Of a DNA stretch of 64,000 bases, positions 37,984-47,927 are shown piece by piece. The stretch's first letter is position 1; each line of letters starts with the position of its first letter. The notes under the pieces were generated by a model that did no database searches, was not told where the DNA came from, and saw nothing but the letters and a program-made list of their open reading frames with translations. Position numbers and translations under genes: made by a program. Location: NCBI GenBank assembly GCA_041687695.1, contig JAWLBL010000001.1, forward strand, positions 145,710 to 209,709. The letters run 5' to 3'. Origin of the DNA: Myxococcota bacterium. GTDB taxonomy: Bacteria > Myxococcota_A > UBA9042 > PHBI01 > JAWLBL01.

Positions 37984-37987
<4 letters not shown>

Positions 37988-39042
37988 GGGAGCGGCTCCT
38001 GCTGGGTGATGCAGTGGAAGGCGCCGCCGCCGAGGAGCACCTCGCGGGCGTCGACGCCGAAGACCCGGCGGCCGGGGAAGAGGTCGCCGATGACCCGCAG
38101 GGCCTCGGCGTCCTGCGGCCGGTCGTAGATGGGAACCACGACGCTGCGGTTCGCAAGGTAGAAGTTCACGTAGCTGGCGGCGAGGATCTCTCCGTCCGGG
38201 CCCTCGACGCGGCCCGGGCTGGGCACGCGGCGCACGGTGAGGCGGCGGCCGCGCGCGTCCGTGGCGGCCTCGAGGTCGCGCAGGATGGCCTCGAGGACCT
38301 CGCGGTTGGGGTCGTCGTCGCCCGAGGGCTCCATGGCCAGCACGACGCCAGGCGCGACGAAGCGCGCGATGGTGTCGATGTGCCCGTCGGTGTGGTCGTT
38401 GAGCAGGCCGTCGCCCAGCCAGATGAACGACGTGACCCCGAGCCAGTCGCGCAGCAGGGCCTCGAGCGCGGCCTGGTCGAGGTGCGGGTTGCGGTTGGGG
38501 TTGAGCAGGCACTGGCGCGTCGTGAGGCACGTGCCCTCGCCGTCGAGCTCGACCGAGCCGCCCTCGAGCACGAAGTCCGCGCGGAAGGTGCGCACGCCGC
38601 GCGTGGCCGCGACCGCCTCGCTGACCGCGTCGTCGCCTTCGAGCACGTATTTGCCGCCCCAGCCGTTGAAGTGGAACGAGGCGGCGGCCAGCTCGCCCTT
38701 GCCGTCGACCACGAAGAGCGGCGCGATGTCGCGCATCCAGATGTCGCCGAAGGGGATGCGGTGCAGGCGCGCCTTCAGGCCGGCGTCCTCGAGGGCGGCA
38801 CGGCACGCGCGCTCCGCCTCGGCGTCGGGGACCAGGATCTCGAGGGCCTCGTCGCCGTCCGCGATGCCGCGGCACAGCTCGACGAAGGCGCGCTGCACCT
38901 CGGGCAGGCCCTCCTCCCACAGATCCTCGTGCGAGGGCCAGGCCAGCCAGCAGGCGCGGTGCGGCGCCCACTCGGCCGGGAAGCGGTAGCCGGCGGCCGC
39001 CGGCGTGCCGGGGCGGGCGCTCGAAGGCTGAAGCGACGACAT
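37984..39042 (-). CDS. aguA: Agmatine deiminase
   Basis: PAEW, DIWMRD, EGGS, TDGHID, SYVNF, GGGAFHCITQQ. Confidence 0.93.
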
Positions 39043-39118
39043 CGGGACCTCCACCGCAAGGGTCGGGGGCGACACCTTGCCCTCGGCCCGGCGCCCGGGC
39101 AAGAGGTTCGGGCCGCGC

Positions 39119-39172
39119 GGGTTGCCGCCTAGGGGCGAGGCGACTGGGTTGCCGCCTCGGGGCGAGGCGACT
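39119..39172 (+). repeat. 27-nt direct duplication overlapping a sigma70-like promoter
   Basis: GGGTTGCCGCCTMGGGGCGAGGCGACT x2 (1 mismatch); the second copy gives TTGCCG-N17-TAACGT (39149-39177). Confidence 0.7.
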
Positions 39173-39211
39173 AACGTGCGGAGCGCATCGAACACCCCCA
39201 GGGAGGACCCC

Positions 39212-40150
39212 ATGCCCCAGCTCACCTTCGAAGCGGTCGCGCCCCTCGTCGCGGCCGAGGACGTCCGCGGCGTGACGCTGAACGTGACCTTCCAGTGCCC
39301 GGTCTCGGGCAAGCGCGTCGACGCCTCGAGCAACATCGAGCAGGGCGTGCTCAGCAAGACCAAGACCGTCTTCGGCCGGCAGCTGATGCAGAGCCTGCGC
39401 TACTCGTTCTCGCGCATGCTCTACTCGCTGGTGGGCGGCGGGGTCGCGGGCAGCATGGCGTCGAGCGCGGCCAGCCAGGCGGTCGGGACGACGGCGGGCG
39501 CCCCGGCCAGCTACACCGAGGACGAGCGCCGCGCGACCGTGCTGGCGGCCTTCAAGCGCGTGCAGAGCCAGTTCGCCTGGGACGGGCAGCGCTTCGTGTC
39601 GGCGTCGCTGCTCAAGGAGCTACAGACCGAGATGGCCCGGGTGGTCGGCGCGATGGCGCTGACGGAGCCCTGGGACCGCGCCGTGCTGGCGCGCATGCTG
39701 GCCGAGGTGGCCGCCGCGGACGGCCGCATCGCCGACGAGGAGCGCGAGCTGTTCGCCGCGTTCGCCGAGGGCGCCGAGCTCGACCAGCTGCTGCACCGCG
39801 AGCCGCTGGCGGTCTCCGAGCTGAAGGAGACGACGCCCAAGGTGCGCGAGGCCCTGCTGATGCTGACCTTCGCTCTGGCGCAGACCGACGGGGCCTTCGG
39901 CGGCTCCGAGCGCGGCCGCATCGCTGGCTACGCGCACGCCTTCGGGGTGAGCGACCGGCGCGCGGCCGAGCTCGAGGCCCACGCCCGCGACTTCGTCGTC
40001 GACCAGATGCTCGAGGCCATCTACGCCGACGGGGTCTGCGACGCGGGCGAGCGCGCGCAGGTCGAGCAGCTGGCGAGCGGCCTGGGGATGGACGCCGAGG
40101 CGTTGGGGCGCCTGGACGCCCGCTGCCGAAAGCGCAAGGGCCTGCTGTAG
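39212..40150 (+). CDS. TerB-family protein (tandem TerB-like domains)
   Basis: AAADGRIADEERE, AQTDG..SER, YADGVCDAGER motifs; RBS GGAGG. Confidence 0.75.
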   Translation: MPQLTFEAVAPLVAAEDVRGVTLNVTFQCPVSGKRVDASSNIEQGVLSKTKTVFGRQLMQSLRYSFSRMLYSLVGGGVAGSMASSAASQAVGTTAGAPASYTEDERRATVLAAFKRVQSQFAWDGQRFVSASLLKELQTEMARVVGAMALTEPWDRAVLARMLAEVAAADGRIADEERELFAAFAEGAELDQLLHREPLAVSELKETTPKVREALLMLTFALAQTDGAFGGSERGRIAGYAHAFGVSDRRAAELEAHARDFVVDQMLEAIYADGVCDAGERAQVEQLASGLGMDAEALGRLDARCRKRKGLL

Positions 40151-40162
40151 ACCGCGGGGGGC

Positions 40163-40816
40163 TCAGGCGCCCCGGAGCGCCGCCAGGTGCGTGGCCAGCT
40201 CGGGCGGCAGCTCGGCCGTGAGATCGAGGCCGTCGGGCAGGCCGGGCAGCGGCGGCGCGATGAGCTGGGCGGCGTGCAGCCACAAGCGATCGGGCGCGCC
40301 GGGGACGGGGCCGCGGGCGCCACGGGCGTAGCGGCGGTCGCCGACGATGGGGTGGCCCAGGCGCTCCAGGTGGCGGCGGAGCTGGTGCTTGCGGCCGGTC
40401 TCGGGCTCCAGCGCGACGAGCGAGGCCGTGGCGAAGCGCTCCACGGTTCGGTAGCGGGTGACGGCCTGCAGGGGCGCGCCGCGGCGGTCGTCGGCCAGGG
40501 CGCGGTCGATGGTGCCGCCCTTGCGCGGGTGGCCGTGGACCAGGGCCAGGTAGCGCTTGGTGACGCGTCCGGCGGCGAAGGCGGCGCCCAGGGCGGCCAG
40601 CAGCTCGGGGTCGGCCGAGAGCAGGACCAGGCCCGAGGTCTCGCGGTCGAGGCGATGGGCCGGCGCCACCTTGGCCGGCGCCCCGGCGGCGCGCGCCCAG
40701 GCCAGCAGATCGGGGGCCGGGTCGCCCGAGGCCGGATGGACCAGCCAGCCGGCCGGCTTGTCGACCACCAGCAGGGCGCACAGGCCAGCGAGCAGGCGCG
40801 GCGTAGCGTCAGTCAA
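40163..40816 (-). CDS. RluA-family RNA pseudouridine synthase
   Basis: VVDKPAG, HRLDRETSG, TGRKHQLR, PIVGD.RY, LHA. Confidence 0.92.
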   Translation of the reverse strand: MTDATPRLLAGLCALLVVDKPAGWLVHPASGDPAPDLLAWARAAGAPAKVAPAHRLDRETSGLVLLSADPELLAALGAAFAAGRVTKRYLALVHGHPRKGGTIDRALADDRRGAPLQAVTRYRTVERFATASLVALEPETGRKHQLRRHLERLGHPIVGDRRYARGARGPVPGAPDRLWLHAAQLIAPPLPGLPDGLDLTAELPPELATHLAALRGA

Positions 40817-41237
40817 CGACGTCGGTGGTCTCGAGGGCGGCCTCGGCGGCGTCGCACACGGGCGGGCAGCCGGCGCCGTTGGGGGCGAAGGGCTGGTAGG
40901 TGGGCTCGAGGACGGCGGCGGCCTGCCAGGACAGGTTGGCGGCGCCGGCGTTGAGCTCGACCCGAGCGGGGGCGCCGGCGACGACGAAGCCGTCGGCCGA
41001 GCAGCTCAGGATGGAGGCGGGGCCGGACAGGGAGGCGACCTGCCCGCCCTCGCAGATGAACGAGGTCGCCTGGCCGTCGATGACCAGGGAGACGTCGTAG
41101 GCGCCGGGGCGGGGCTGGTCGAAGTCGACGAAGAGACCGTCGGAGCAGCCGATCTCGGTGCAGCCGCCCGCGTCCTCGCAGGCGACGAGGGCGACGGGGG
41201 CCAAGAGGCTGGTCAGGGCGAGGAAGGCGAGACGCAT
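40809..41237 (-). CDS. Hypothetical lipoprotein
   Basis: LVAC lipobox, CTEIGC and PNGAGCPPVC motifs. Confidence 0.7.
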   Translation of the reverse strand: MRLAFLALTSLLAPVALVACEDAGGCTEIGCSDGLFVDFDQPRPGAYDVSLVIDGQATSFICEGGQVASLSGPASILSCSADGFVVAGAPARVELNAGAANLSWQAAAVLEPTYQPFAPNGAGCPPVCDAAEAALETTDVVD

Positions 41238-41298
41238 GGGAGGCTCCTGCGAGGCGGAGGGGCCCGTGTCAGCGGCTGGAGGCCGGCCGCTATTCCGG

Positions 41299-44016
41299 TC
41301 AGTTCGGCGCGACGAGCGCGGCGGCGGCGCCCGACTGCACGAAGGCGACGAACTGAGGCGCCGGGACGGGGCGGCTGACCAGGTAGCCTTGGACCTCGTC
41401 GCAGCGCATGCCGCGCAGCAGCTCGAGGTGGGTGGCCGTCTCGACGCCCTCGGCCACCAGGGTGAGCCCCAGGCTCTGCCCAAGCGTCACGATGGTCTTG
41501 ATGATGGCGACGTCCTGGGCCGGGGCCGCCGCGTCGCCGGCGATGTCGAGCAGGAAGCTGCGATCGATCTTCAGGGCGTCGACCGGGAAGCGCTTCAAGT
41601 AGTTGAGCGACGAGTAGCCGGTGCCGAAGTCGTCGATGGACAGCTTGACGCCGCCGAGGCGCTTGAGGCTGGTCATGTGCTCGAGCACCTCGTCGATGTC
41701 GTGCATCAGCATGTTCTCGGTGATCTCGAGCTCGAGCGCCTCGGGCGGCAGGCCGGTGACCTCTAGCGCGCGGGCCACGACGGCGGTCAGATCGTCGTCG
41801 CGGAACTGGTGGGCGGACAGGTTCACCGACACCCGCAGGTGCCCGAGGCCGACGTCGTGCCAGTGTCGCGCCTGGCGGCAGGCCTCTTCGATGACCCAGC
41901 GGCCGATGTCCATGATGAGCCCGGTCTGCTCGGCGAGATCGAGGAACCGGTTGGGGTAGAGCAGCCCGAGGCGCGGATGTTGCCAGCGGATGAGCGCCTC
42001 GGCGCCCGTGACCGCGCCCGTCTCGAGGTTCACCTTGGGCTGGTAGTGCAGCACCAGCTGGCCCTCGGGGACCGCGCGGTGGAGATCGCTGACCAGCGAC
42101 AGCCAGTCCTCGGCCGCCGTGCGCATGGCGGGCGTGAAGAACTGGTAGCGGTTGCGCCCCTGACGCTTGGCGCCGTACATCGCGGCGTCGGCGGCGCGCA
42201 GGAGCCCCTCGGCGCTGTCGCCGTCGGCCGGGAAGAGCGCGAGGCCGATGCTGGAGCTGACGTAGACGTCTTGCCCGGCGATGGTGACGCCCGCGGACAG
42301 CGCCCGCAGCACCTTCTGGGCCACCTGCCCGGCGTCGCGTTCGGTCGCCAGCGGCAGCACCAGCGCGAACTCGTCGCCGCCCAGGCGCGCGACCAGGTCG
42401 CTCGAGCGGACGCAGCCCGCCAGCCGCCGGCCGACCTCCTCGAGCAGGGCGTCACCGGCCGTGTGCCCCAGGCTGTCGTTGACCACCTTGAAGTTGTCGA
42501 GGTCGACCAGCGCGACGGCCAGCGGCTGCCGCATCCCGCGGGCGGTCGTCATCGCCTGCTCGAGGCGCGCCTCGAGCTGCGGGCGGTTGGGCAGGCCGGT
42601 GACCGGATCGTGCTCGGCCTGGTGCTGGATGCGCCGCTCGTCGGCCCACTGGCCCAGGGCGATGGCCGCCACGAGGGCCGCCTCGGCGATCACCAGGCGC
42701 TCGGCCTCGGTCGGCTGACGCGTCTTGCGGAAGTGCACGGTCAGCACGCCGTCCTGCAGCGCCGCCGAACGCCCGATGGCCAGCGCCCAGCACGCCCGCA
42801 GGCCGTGATCGGCGCCCGGGTCGCGGGGGCCGGTCGCGCGGAGGTCGGGCTCGATGACCAGCTCGGTCGCGCCGAGCGCCTGGTAGGGGACGCCCAGCTC
42901 GCGCTGGAGGTCGGCGCCGTCGACCGCCTGGACGTACCCGCGCGGGAGGCTCCGGCCGGCCGCATACCGGAACAGGCCCTGGCGGACGCGCCACACGGCG
43001 GCCAGGGCGCCCGGGATGGCCGCCTCGACCGCCGCGACGATGGCGTGCAGCGACTGCTCGATGGGCGCGCGGCGCGCCAGCAGGCCGAGCAGCGCGCCCC
43101 GGTCCAGCTGCGGCTCGGCGGCCGGCGGCGCGAGGGCAGGCGCCTCGACGCGGACCGGGGCGGGCGGCGGGGCGGCCGGGAGGGCGGCTTCGAAGGCCTG
43201 GGCCATGCGGGTGGCCTGGGCGAGGACGTCGTCGAGCGCGCCGTCGAGACCGACCGAGGCCGGCGACGCTCGGCGGTTGGCGAGCGACCGCTTGAGGAAG
43301 CCCATCTGACGCCGCAGCGCCATGAGGTCGTCGGCGCTGTGGGCCCGGACGAGGTCCGGACGGCTGGCGTCGAAGACGCGCGACAGGCGCGAGAGCCGCT
43401 GGAGCTGTTGGGCGCGCTCCAGGGCGACCCCGAGGCAGCCCGCCAGCAGCTCGAGCGCCAGCAGATCGTCGAGATCGGGTGGCTGCTCCTGGCCCCACAC
43501 CAGGCAGAGGGCCCCCAGGACGCTGGCGTCGACGCCGACCGCGACGACCACGCCGTCGTAGCCGCTCAGGCTGCCGTCGGTCACGCCCATGTCGGCCGCC
43601 ATGGTGGCTCCGTCGACGCGCCGGCTGCCCCGCGCCGGCACGGCGAAGGCCGACCCGCCGCGGCCCGGACAGCGCCGCCCGCGCCACGTCTGGACGGCGC
43701 CGAAGGCGGCCATCCACTCGAGATCCTCGCCCTGGCGGCGCGCGAAGCCGGCCCCCTCGGCGCCGCCGAGCTGCATCGCCCACCGCACGCCGATCTCGAC
43801 CAGGGCGCTGAGGCCGGCGTCGGCCGACGAGGCGGCCAGCACGGAGCGGCAGGCCTCGACGAGCTGGGCGGCGCGGCGGTCGCGAGACGCGGGCGCGGGG
43901 GGCTCGGGCGCGGTCAAAGGACTTCTCCGAAGCGAATGCTCGTCCGGTGACGGAGGGCTGGAGCGGGGCGGTACCGAAGAAAGCACGAGTGGCCGTCGCT
44001 CGACAAGCGACGCCAT
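41299..44016 (-). CDS. GAF-containing GGDEF-EAL diguanylate cyclase/phosphodiesterase
   Basis: GGDEF, EAL, DDFGTGYSSL, EGVE; two GAF-like N-terminal segments. Confidence 0.92.
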   Translation of the reverse strand: MASLVERRPLVLSSVPPRSSPPSPDEHSLRRSPLTAPEPPAPASRDRRAAQLVEACRSVLAASSADAGLSALVEIGVRWAMQLGGAEGAGFARRQGEDLEWMAAFGAVQTWRGRRCPGRGGSAFAVPARGSRRVDGATMAADMGVTDGSLSGYDGVVVAVGVDASVLGALCLVWGQEQPPDLDDLLALELLAGCLGVALERAQQLQRLSRLSRVFDASRPDLVRAHSADDLMALRRQMGFLKRSLANRRASPASVGLDGALDDVLAQATRMAQAFEAALPAAPPPAPVRVEAPALAPPAAEPQLDRGALLGLLARRAPIEQSLHAIVAAVEAAIPGALAAVWRVRQGLFRYAAGRSLPRGYVQAVDGADLQRELGVPYQALGATELVIEPDLRATGPRDPGADHGLRACWALAIGRSAALQDGVLTVHFRKTRQPTEAERLVIAEAALVAAIALGQWADERRIQHQAEHDPVTGLPNRPQLEARLEQAMTTARGMRQPLAVALVDLDNFKVVNDSLGHTAGDALLEEVGRRLAGCVRSSDLVARLGGDEFALVLPLATERDAGQVAQKVLRALSAGVTIAGQDVYVSSSIGLALFPADGDSAEGLLRAADAAMYGAKRQGRNRYQFFTPAMRTAAEDWLSLVSDLHRAVPEGQLVLHYQPKVNLETGAVTGAEALIRWQHPRLGLLYPNRFLDLAEQTGLIMDIGRWVIEEACRQARHWHDVGLGHLRVSVNLSAHQFRDDDLTAVVARALEVTGLPPEALELEITENMLMHDIDEVLEHMTSLKRLGGVKLSIDDFGTGYSSLNYLKRFPVDALKIDRSFLLDIAGDAAAPAQDVAIIKTIVTLGQSLGLTLVAEGVETATHLELLRGMRCDEVQGYLVSRPVPAPQFVAFVQSGAAAALVAPN

Positions 44017-44091
44017 TGCGTGCCCAGTCCGGACCCGCCGCGACGCGGCCCTGATGTGGACCGCGCCGTGGCGGCGCCGCTCGAGCTCGGA

Positions 44092-47000
44092 TCAGACCCG
44101 CGGCACGTCCGCGTGCAGGAGGCACCGCGTCAGCCAGAGGTTCGCCACCTTCTCCTGGACGCTGTTGGCCTTGAGGCGCGCGTTCAGGAAGGGGAAGTCC
44201 ACCTGGTCGAGGTGCTGATCCTGGTTGGTGCAGGTGAAGACCAGCGTCTCCTTGCCGTCCGGGCCGACGTGGCGCTGGAGGCACTGGGCGCAGATCTCCT
44301 TCATCATGCACTGCATCGGCGAGTTGATGGACCCGATGGCGACGTGGTCGCGCTTCAGGTACGGGGCCAGCACCGAGTGGCGGGCCGCCTTGACCGCGGC
44401 CATCATGCCGTCGGAGCCGATGGCGATGAGGCGGTCGGCCTCGGGCAGCGGCACGACGGCCTCACCCAGCTCGCCCGTGGCGAAGGCGACCATCGCCTGC
44501 ACGATGTTGCCGACGAAGGTGCGGTCCTGCGGGCGCTCGGCCGCGATGCCCGGCGCCTCGTCGCAGGCCCAGATGACCTGGTCGGTCGCCGCCTCGATGT
44601 CCTCGCGCTTGAAGAGATCGGAGGTCTTCCGGTAGCCGGCGAAGTACAGGACCCGGTTGCCGCGCTCCTTGAGCGCCTTGGCGATGGAGAAGAGCACGGC
44701 GTTGCCGAGGCCGCCGCCGACCAGGACGACGCTCTCGCCCTCGGGGATCTCGGTCGGGGTCCCGGTGGGGCCCATGCAGACCACCGGCTCGCCCGGCTGC
44801 AGGGTCGCGCACAGGCGCGACGAGGCGCCCATCTCGAGCACGATGAGGCTCAGCAGCCCCTGCTCGGCGTCGACCCAGGCGCCGGTCAGCGCGAGGCCCT
44901 CGGGGACCAGGCGCGTGCCGTCGACCATGGGCGCCCGCGACTCGAAGGCCTGCAGGCGGTAGAACTGGCCCGGCTGGAACTTGCGGGCGGCGAGCGGCGC
45001 CTTGCAGATGACCTCGACGATGGTCGGGGTGAGGCGCTTGACCTCGACGACCGTGGCGGTCAGCTCGCCGCCGAGGCGCTCGGAGAAGTCGCGCCACTCG
45101 CCGTCGCGGGCGGGCTGCGCGGCCGGGTCGAGCGTGGCCAGCTCGGCCTCGAACAGCTGGGCGACGCGCGAGTAGCCGTCCTTGGCCGAGGCCATCGCCT
45201 TGACGACCGAGCCGGCGTACTGCGGGTGGTTGTCGCCGTAGAACGAGACGCAGCGGGTCTTGTCGGCCGACAGGTGGCTGGTGAAGAAGCCGGCCGGGCC
45301 CGACAGATCCTGGTACAGGTGCGCCGGCTCGAGGCGCAGGGTGCCGTCGGGCTCGCGGTGCGCGTGGTGCGCCTGGAAGTACTGGTTCCAAGCGTCGAGG
45401 GCGAAGCGGCCGGGGTTCTCGCGCTCGACGGTCACGTTGGGCGCGGTGCCCGCGGCGACGCACACGGTGCGCGCCGGCAGCTCGACGATCTCGCCCGTGC
45501 CCTTCCACCAGCGGTCGACCTTGGCCTGGCGCTCGAACTTCACGGCGCGGACTGCCCCGTGCGCGTCGGGCACGGCCTCGATGGGGTTCATCCCCTCGAC
45601 GAAGTAGATGCCCTCCTCGAGCGCCTTCTCGATCTCCTCGTGGTTCAAGCGATAGGCCGGCGAGGACTGCATGTCCTTGCGGTAGGCCAGGCTGACGCCG
45701 CCCCAGCCGCGGACCAGCGCGACGAAGTCGGGCGCCTCGCCGGCGCTCGCGGCCCGCTCGCGCTCGGCGCGGACGGCGCGGCCGTGCTCGAGGAACTCGC
45801 CGAGCACCTCGAGCTCCTCGGGGCGGAAGACCGACTCGGCCTCGAGCCCGAAGGTCTCGACCAGCTGCTCCCAGCGGTCCAGCATCAGCTCGACCTGCAC
45901 CGGGTAGTAGGCCGCCAGCTCGGTCGCCGTGTCGATGCCGGTCAGGCCGCCGCCGATGACGATGGCCGGCAGACGCACCTGCAGCGCCGCCATCGAGTCG
46001 CGCTTGAACGCGCCCGTCAGCTGCAGCGCCATCAGGAAGTCCGAGGCCTTGCGGACGCCGCGGATGAGGTTGTTCTTGAGATCGATGATGGTCGGCCGGC
46101 CGGCGCCCGCCGCCAACGCGACGTGGTCGAAGCCGAGCTGCCAGGCGTCCTCGACGTCCAGCGTCCCGCCGAAGCGCACGCCGCCATGGATGGCCAGGTT
46201 CGGCCGCCGCGCCAGGTTCACGTACAGCGTCGTCAGGAAGTTCTTGTCCCAGCGGACGGTGATGCCGTACTCGCTGACGCCGCCGAAGCCGCTGAGGATG
46301 CGACGGTCGAGCGCGTCGCACATCGACGCCCACTCGCGCACCGGCTCGCGCAAGAGGCGCTCGGGCAGCGGCTCGACCTTCAGGCCGTCGACGCCGACGA
46401 CGCCGAAGCCCTCGTTGACCAGGTGGTGGCACAGCGTGTAGCCGGCCGGCCCGAGGCCCACGACCAGGACCTTCTTGCCGTTGTAGGGCAACGCGTAGGG
46501 CCGCGCCGCGTTCAGCGGGTTCCAGCGGGTCAGCAGCGACCAGATCTCGAAGCCGTACGGCATCTTCAGCACGTCGGTCAGGACGTGCGTCTCGACGAAG
46601 GGGATGTTGACCGGGTCCTGCTTCTGGTAGATGCAGCCCTTCATGCAGTCGTTGCAGATGCGGTGGCCGGTGCCCGGGGCCATCGGGTTGTTGATGGACA
46701 CCAGGGCCAGCGCGCCGATGGCGTCGCCTTCGCCGCGGGCCTTGTGCATCTCCGAGATGTGCTCCTCGAGCGGGCAGCCGTGCAGGCTCACGCCGAGGGG
46801 GTTCTTCTTGAAGGGCGGCACGTCGGCGCCCGGGGCCGGCGCGCCCTTGTCGTGCAGGCCCTTCGAGCACGAGTCCTTGGACCGCTCGTGGCAGATGATG
46901 CAGTAGTCGATCTCGCTCAGCGCCTGGCGCGGCGTGCCGCGGTCGTCGGTGAGGCCGAAGCCGTCGCGGCGGCGCAGGTGCGAGGCCGGGCCGACGATGG

Positions 47001-47796
47001 ACTCGGGGAGGTCGGCCCGCGGGCGCTCGATGTGGACCAGGTGGTCGTAGTCGGTCTTCTTGGGCAGCTTGTAGCTGACCCAGCCGGCGATGGCCGCGCG
47101 CCCGGCGGGGTGCACGGCCCGGGCGTGGCACCAGCGCTCGAGCAGCGAGAGTGTGTTCTGGATCAACCTCTGATCGCCGGCGGGGGCCTCGGCTTCGGTG
47201 CCTTCGGCCAGGGCCGCGAGCGTGGCCGTGCCGGCGACGACCTGGCGCAGGCGCGCGGCCACGGCCGCCGCCTCGGGCTCGAGCTCGCCGCCCTTGGCGG
47301 CCGCCTCGTAGGCCTTGTCGACGTCGAGCAGCGCCACGATCGCGTCCGCCAGCGCCAGCTCGGGGTCCGCCCCGCCCAGCGCCTCGGGCTTGATCTGGCC
47401 CAGCAGCGCCCCCGCCTGCGCGTCGAGCGCCGGGAAGTCCTGCTCGGTCGCCCCCTCGGGCGCCGTCCGGCCGAAGACGCGGCGCGCCATGAAGCGCTTC
47501 TTGAAGTCGAAGATCACCCGGTCCGCCAGCGCCCGCCGCTCGAGGGCGGCCAGCTCGGCCTCGACGCCGAAGAGCGACGCGAGGAAGCGCGAGACGTGGC
47601 GCGACACGGCGACCAGCAGCTCCGACTCGACCGGCCCCTCGAGGGTGCGGCCGGCGCTGTCGCGGTAGGCGACGTAGCGCTCGGCGAGGGCCGCGTCGTC
47701 GGCCTCGAGGCGCGTGACGAAGGCCTGGTGGAGACGGGCGAGGCCGTGCGGGTCGTGCAGGTCCTCGTAGGTGAATTCGGGCAAGCCCAGCTTCAA
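44092..47796 (-). CDS. Large Fe-S flavoprotein oxidoreductase (GltD/NfnB-like N-terminus fused to an FNR/[2Fe-2S] NfnA-like C-terminus)
   Basis: CIICH..C, GCPL, ICNDCMKGC, GLGPAG, GGGLTG, GPTG, GGGLGNA, QCMMKEICAQC..C; TTG start with RBS GAGGAGG. Confidence 0.8.
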   Translation of the reverse strand: MKLGLPEFTYEDLHDPHGLARLHQAFVTRLEADDAALAERYVAYRDSAGRTLEGPVESELLVAVSRHVSRFLASLFGVEAELAALERRALADRVIFDFKKRFMARRVFGRTAPEGATEQDFPALDAQAGALLGQIKPEALGGADPELALADAIVALLDVDKAYEAAAKGGELEPEAAAVAARLRQVVAGTATLAALAEGTEAEAPAGDQRLIQNTLSLLERWCHARAVHPAGRAAIAGWVSYKLPKKTDYDHLVHIERPRADLPESIVGPASHLRRRDGFGLTDDRGTPRQALSEIDYCIICHERSKDSCSKGLHDKGAPAPGADVPPFKKNPLGVSLHGCPLEEHISEMHKARGEGDAIGALALVSINNPMAPGTGHRICNDCMKGCIYQKQDPVNIPFVETHVLTDVLKMPYGFEIWSLLTRWNPLNAARPYALPYNGKKVLVVGLGPAGYTLCHHLVNEGFGVVGVDGLKVEPLPERLLREPVREWASMCDALDRRILSGFGGVSEYGITVRWDKNFLTTLYVNLARRPNLAIHGGVRFGGTLDVEDAWQLGFDHVALAAGAGRPTIIDLKNNLIRGVRKASDFLMALQLTGAFKRDSMAALQVRLPAIVIGGGLTGIDTATELAAYYPVQVELMLDRWEQLVETFGLEAESVFRPEELEVLGEFLEHGRAVRAERERAASAGEAPDFVALVRGWGGVSLAYRKDMQSSPAYRLNHEEIEKALEEGIYFVEGMNPIEAVPDAHGAVRAVKFERQAKVDRWWKGTGEIVELPARTVCVAAGTAPNVTVERENPGRFALDAWNQYFQAHHAHREPDGTLRLEPAHLYQDLSGPAGFFTSHLSADKTRCVSFYGDNHPQYAGSVVKAMASAKDGYSRVAQLFEAELATLDPAAQPARDGEWRDFSERLGGELTATVVEVKRLTPTIVEVICKAPLAARKFQPGQFYRLQAFESRAPMVDGTRLVPEGLALTGAWVDAEQGLLSLIVLEMGASSRLCATLQPGEPVVCMGPTGTPTEIPEGESVVLVGGGLGNAVLFSIAKALKERGNRVLYFAGYRKTSDLFKREDIEAATDQVIWACDEAPGIAAERPQDRTFVGNIVQAMVAFATGELGEAVVPLPEADRLIAIGSDGMMAAVKAARHSVLAPYLKRDHVAIGSINSPMQCMMKEICAQCLQRHVGPDGKETLVFTCTNQDQHLDQVDFPFLNARLKANSVQEKVANLWLTRCLLHADVPRV

Positions 47797-47927
47797 GACC
47801 CTTCCTCCTCTCGGGGGCGCATGGGGGGCGCATGGGGGGCGGAGTAGTACCGCACCTAATCCCATGACGCCAAACTCATTCCGGACCCGGCGGGTCGCAC
47901 TCGACGCCGCCGCGGGTCGGGCGGGAA

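Noticed and set aside
44020..47847. 1275-aa plus-strand ORF, and similar long shadows such as 28587-31703, 59948-62638 and 49337-52402
   Set aside because: Antisense or alternate-frame shadows of well-supported genes.
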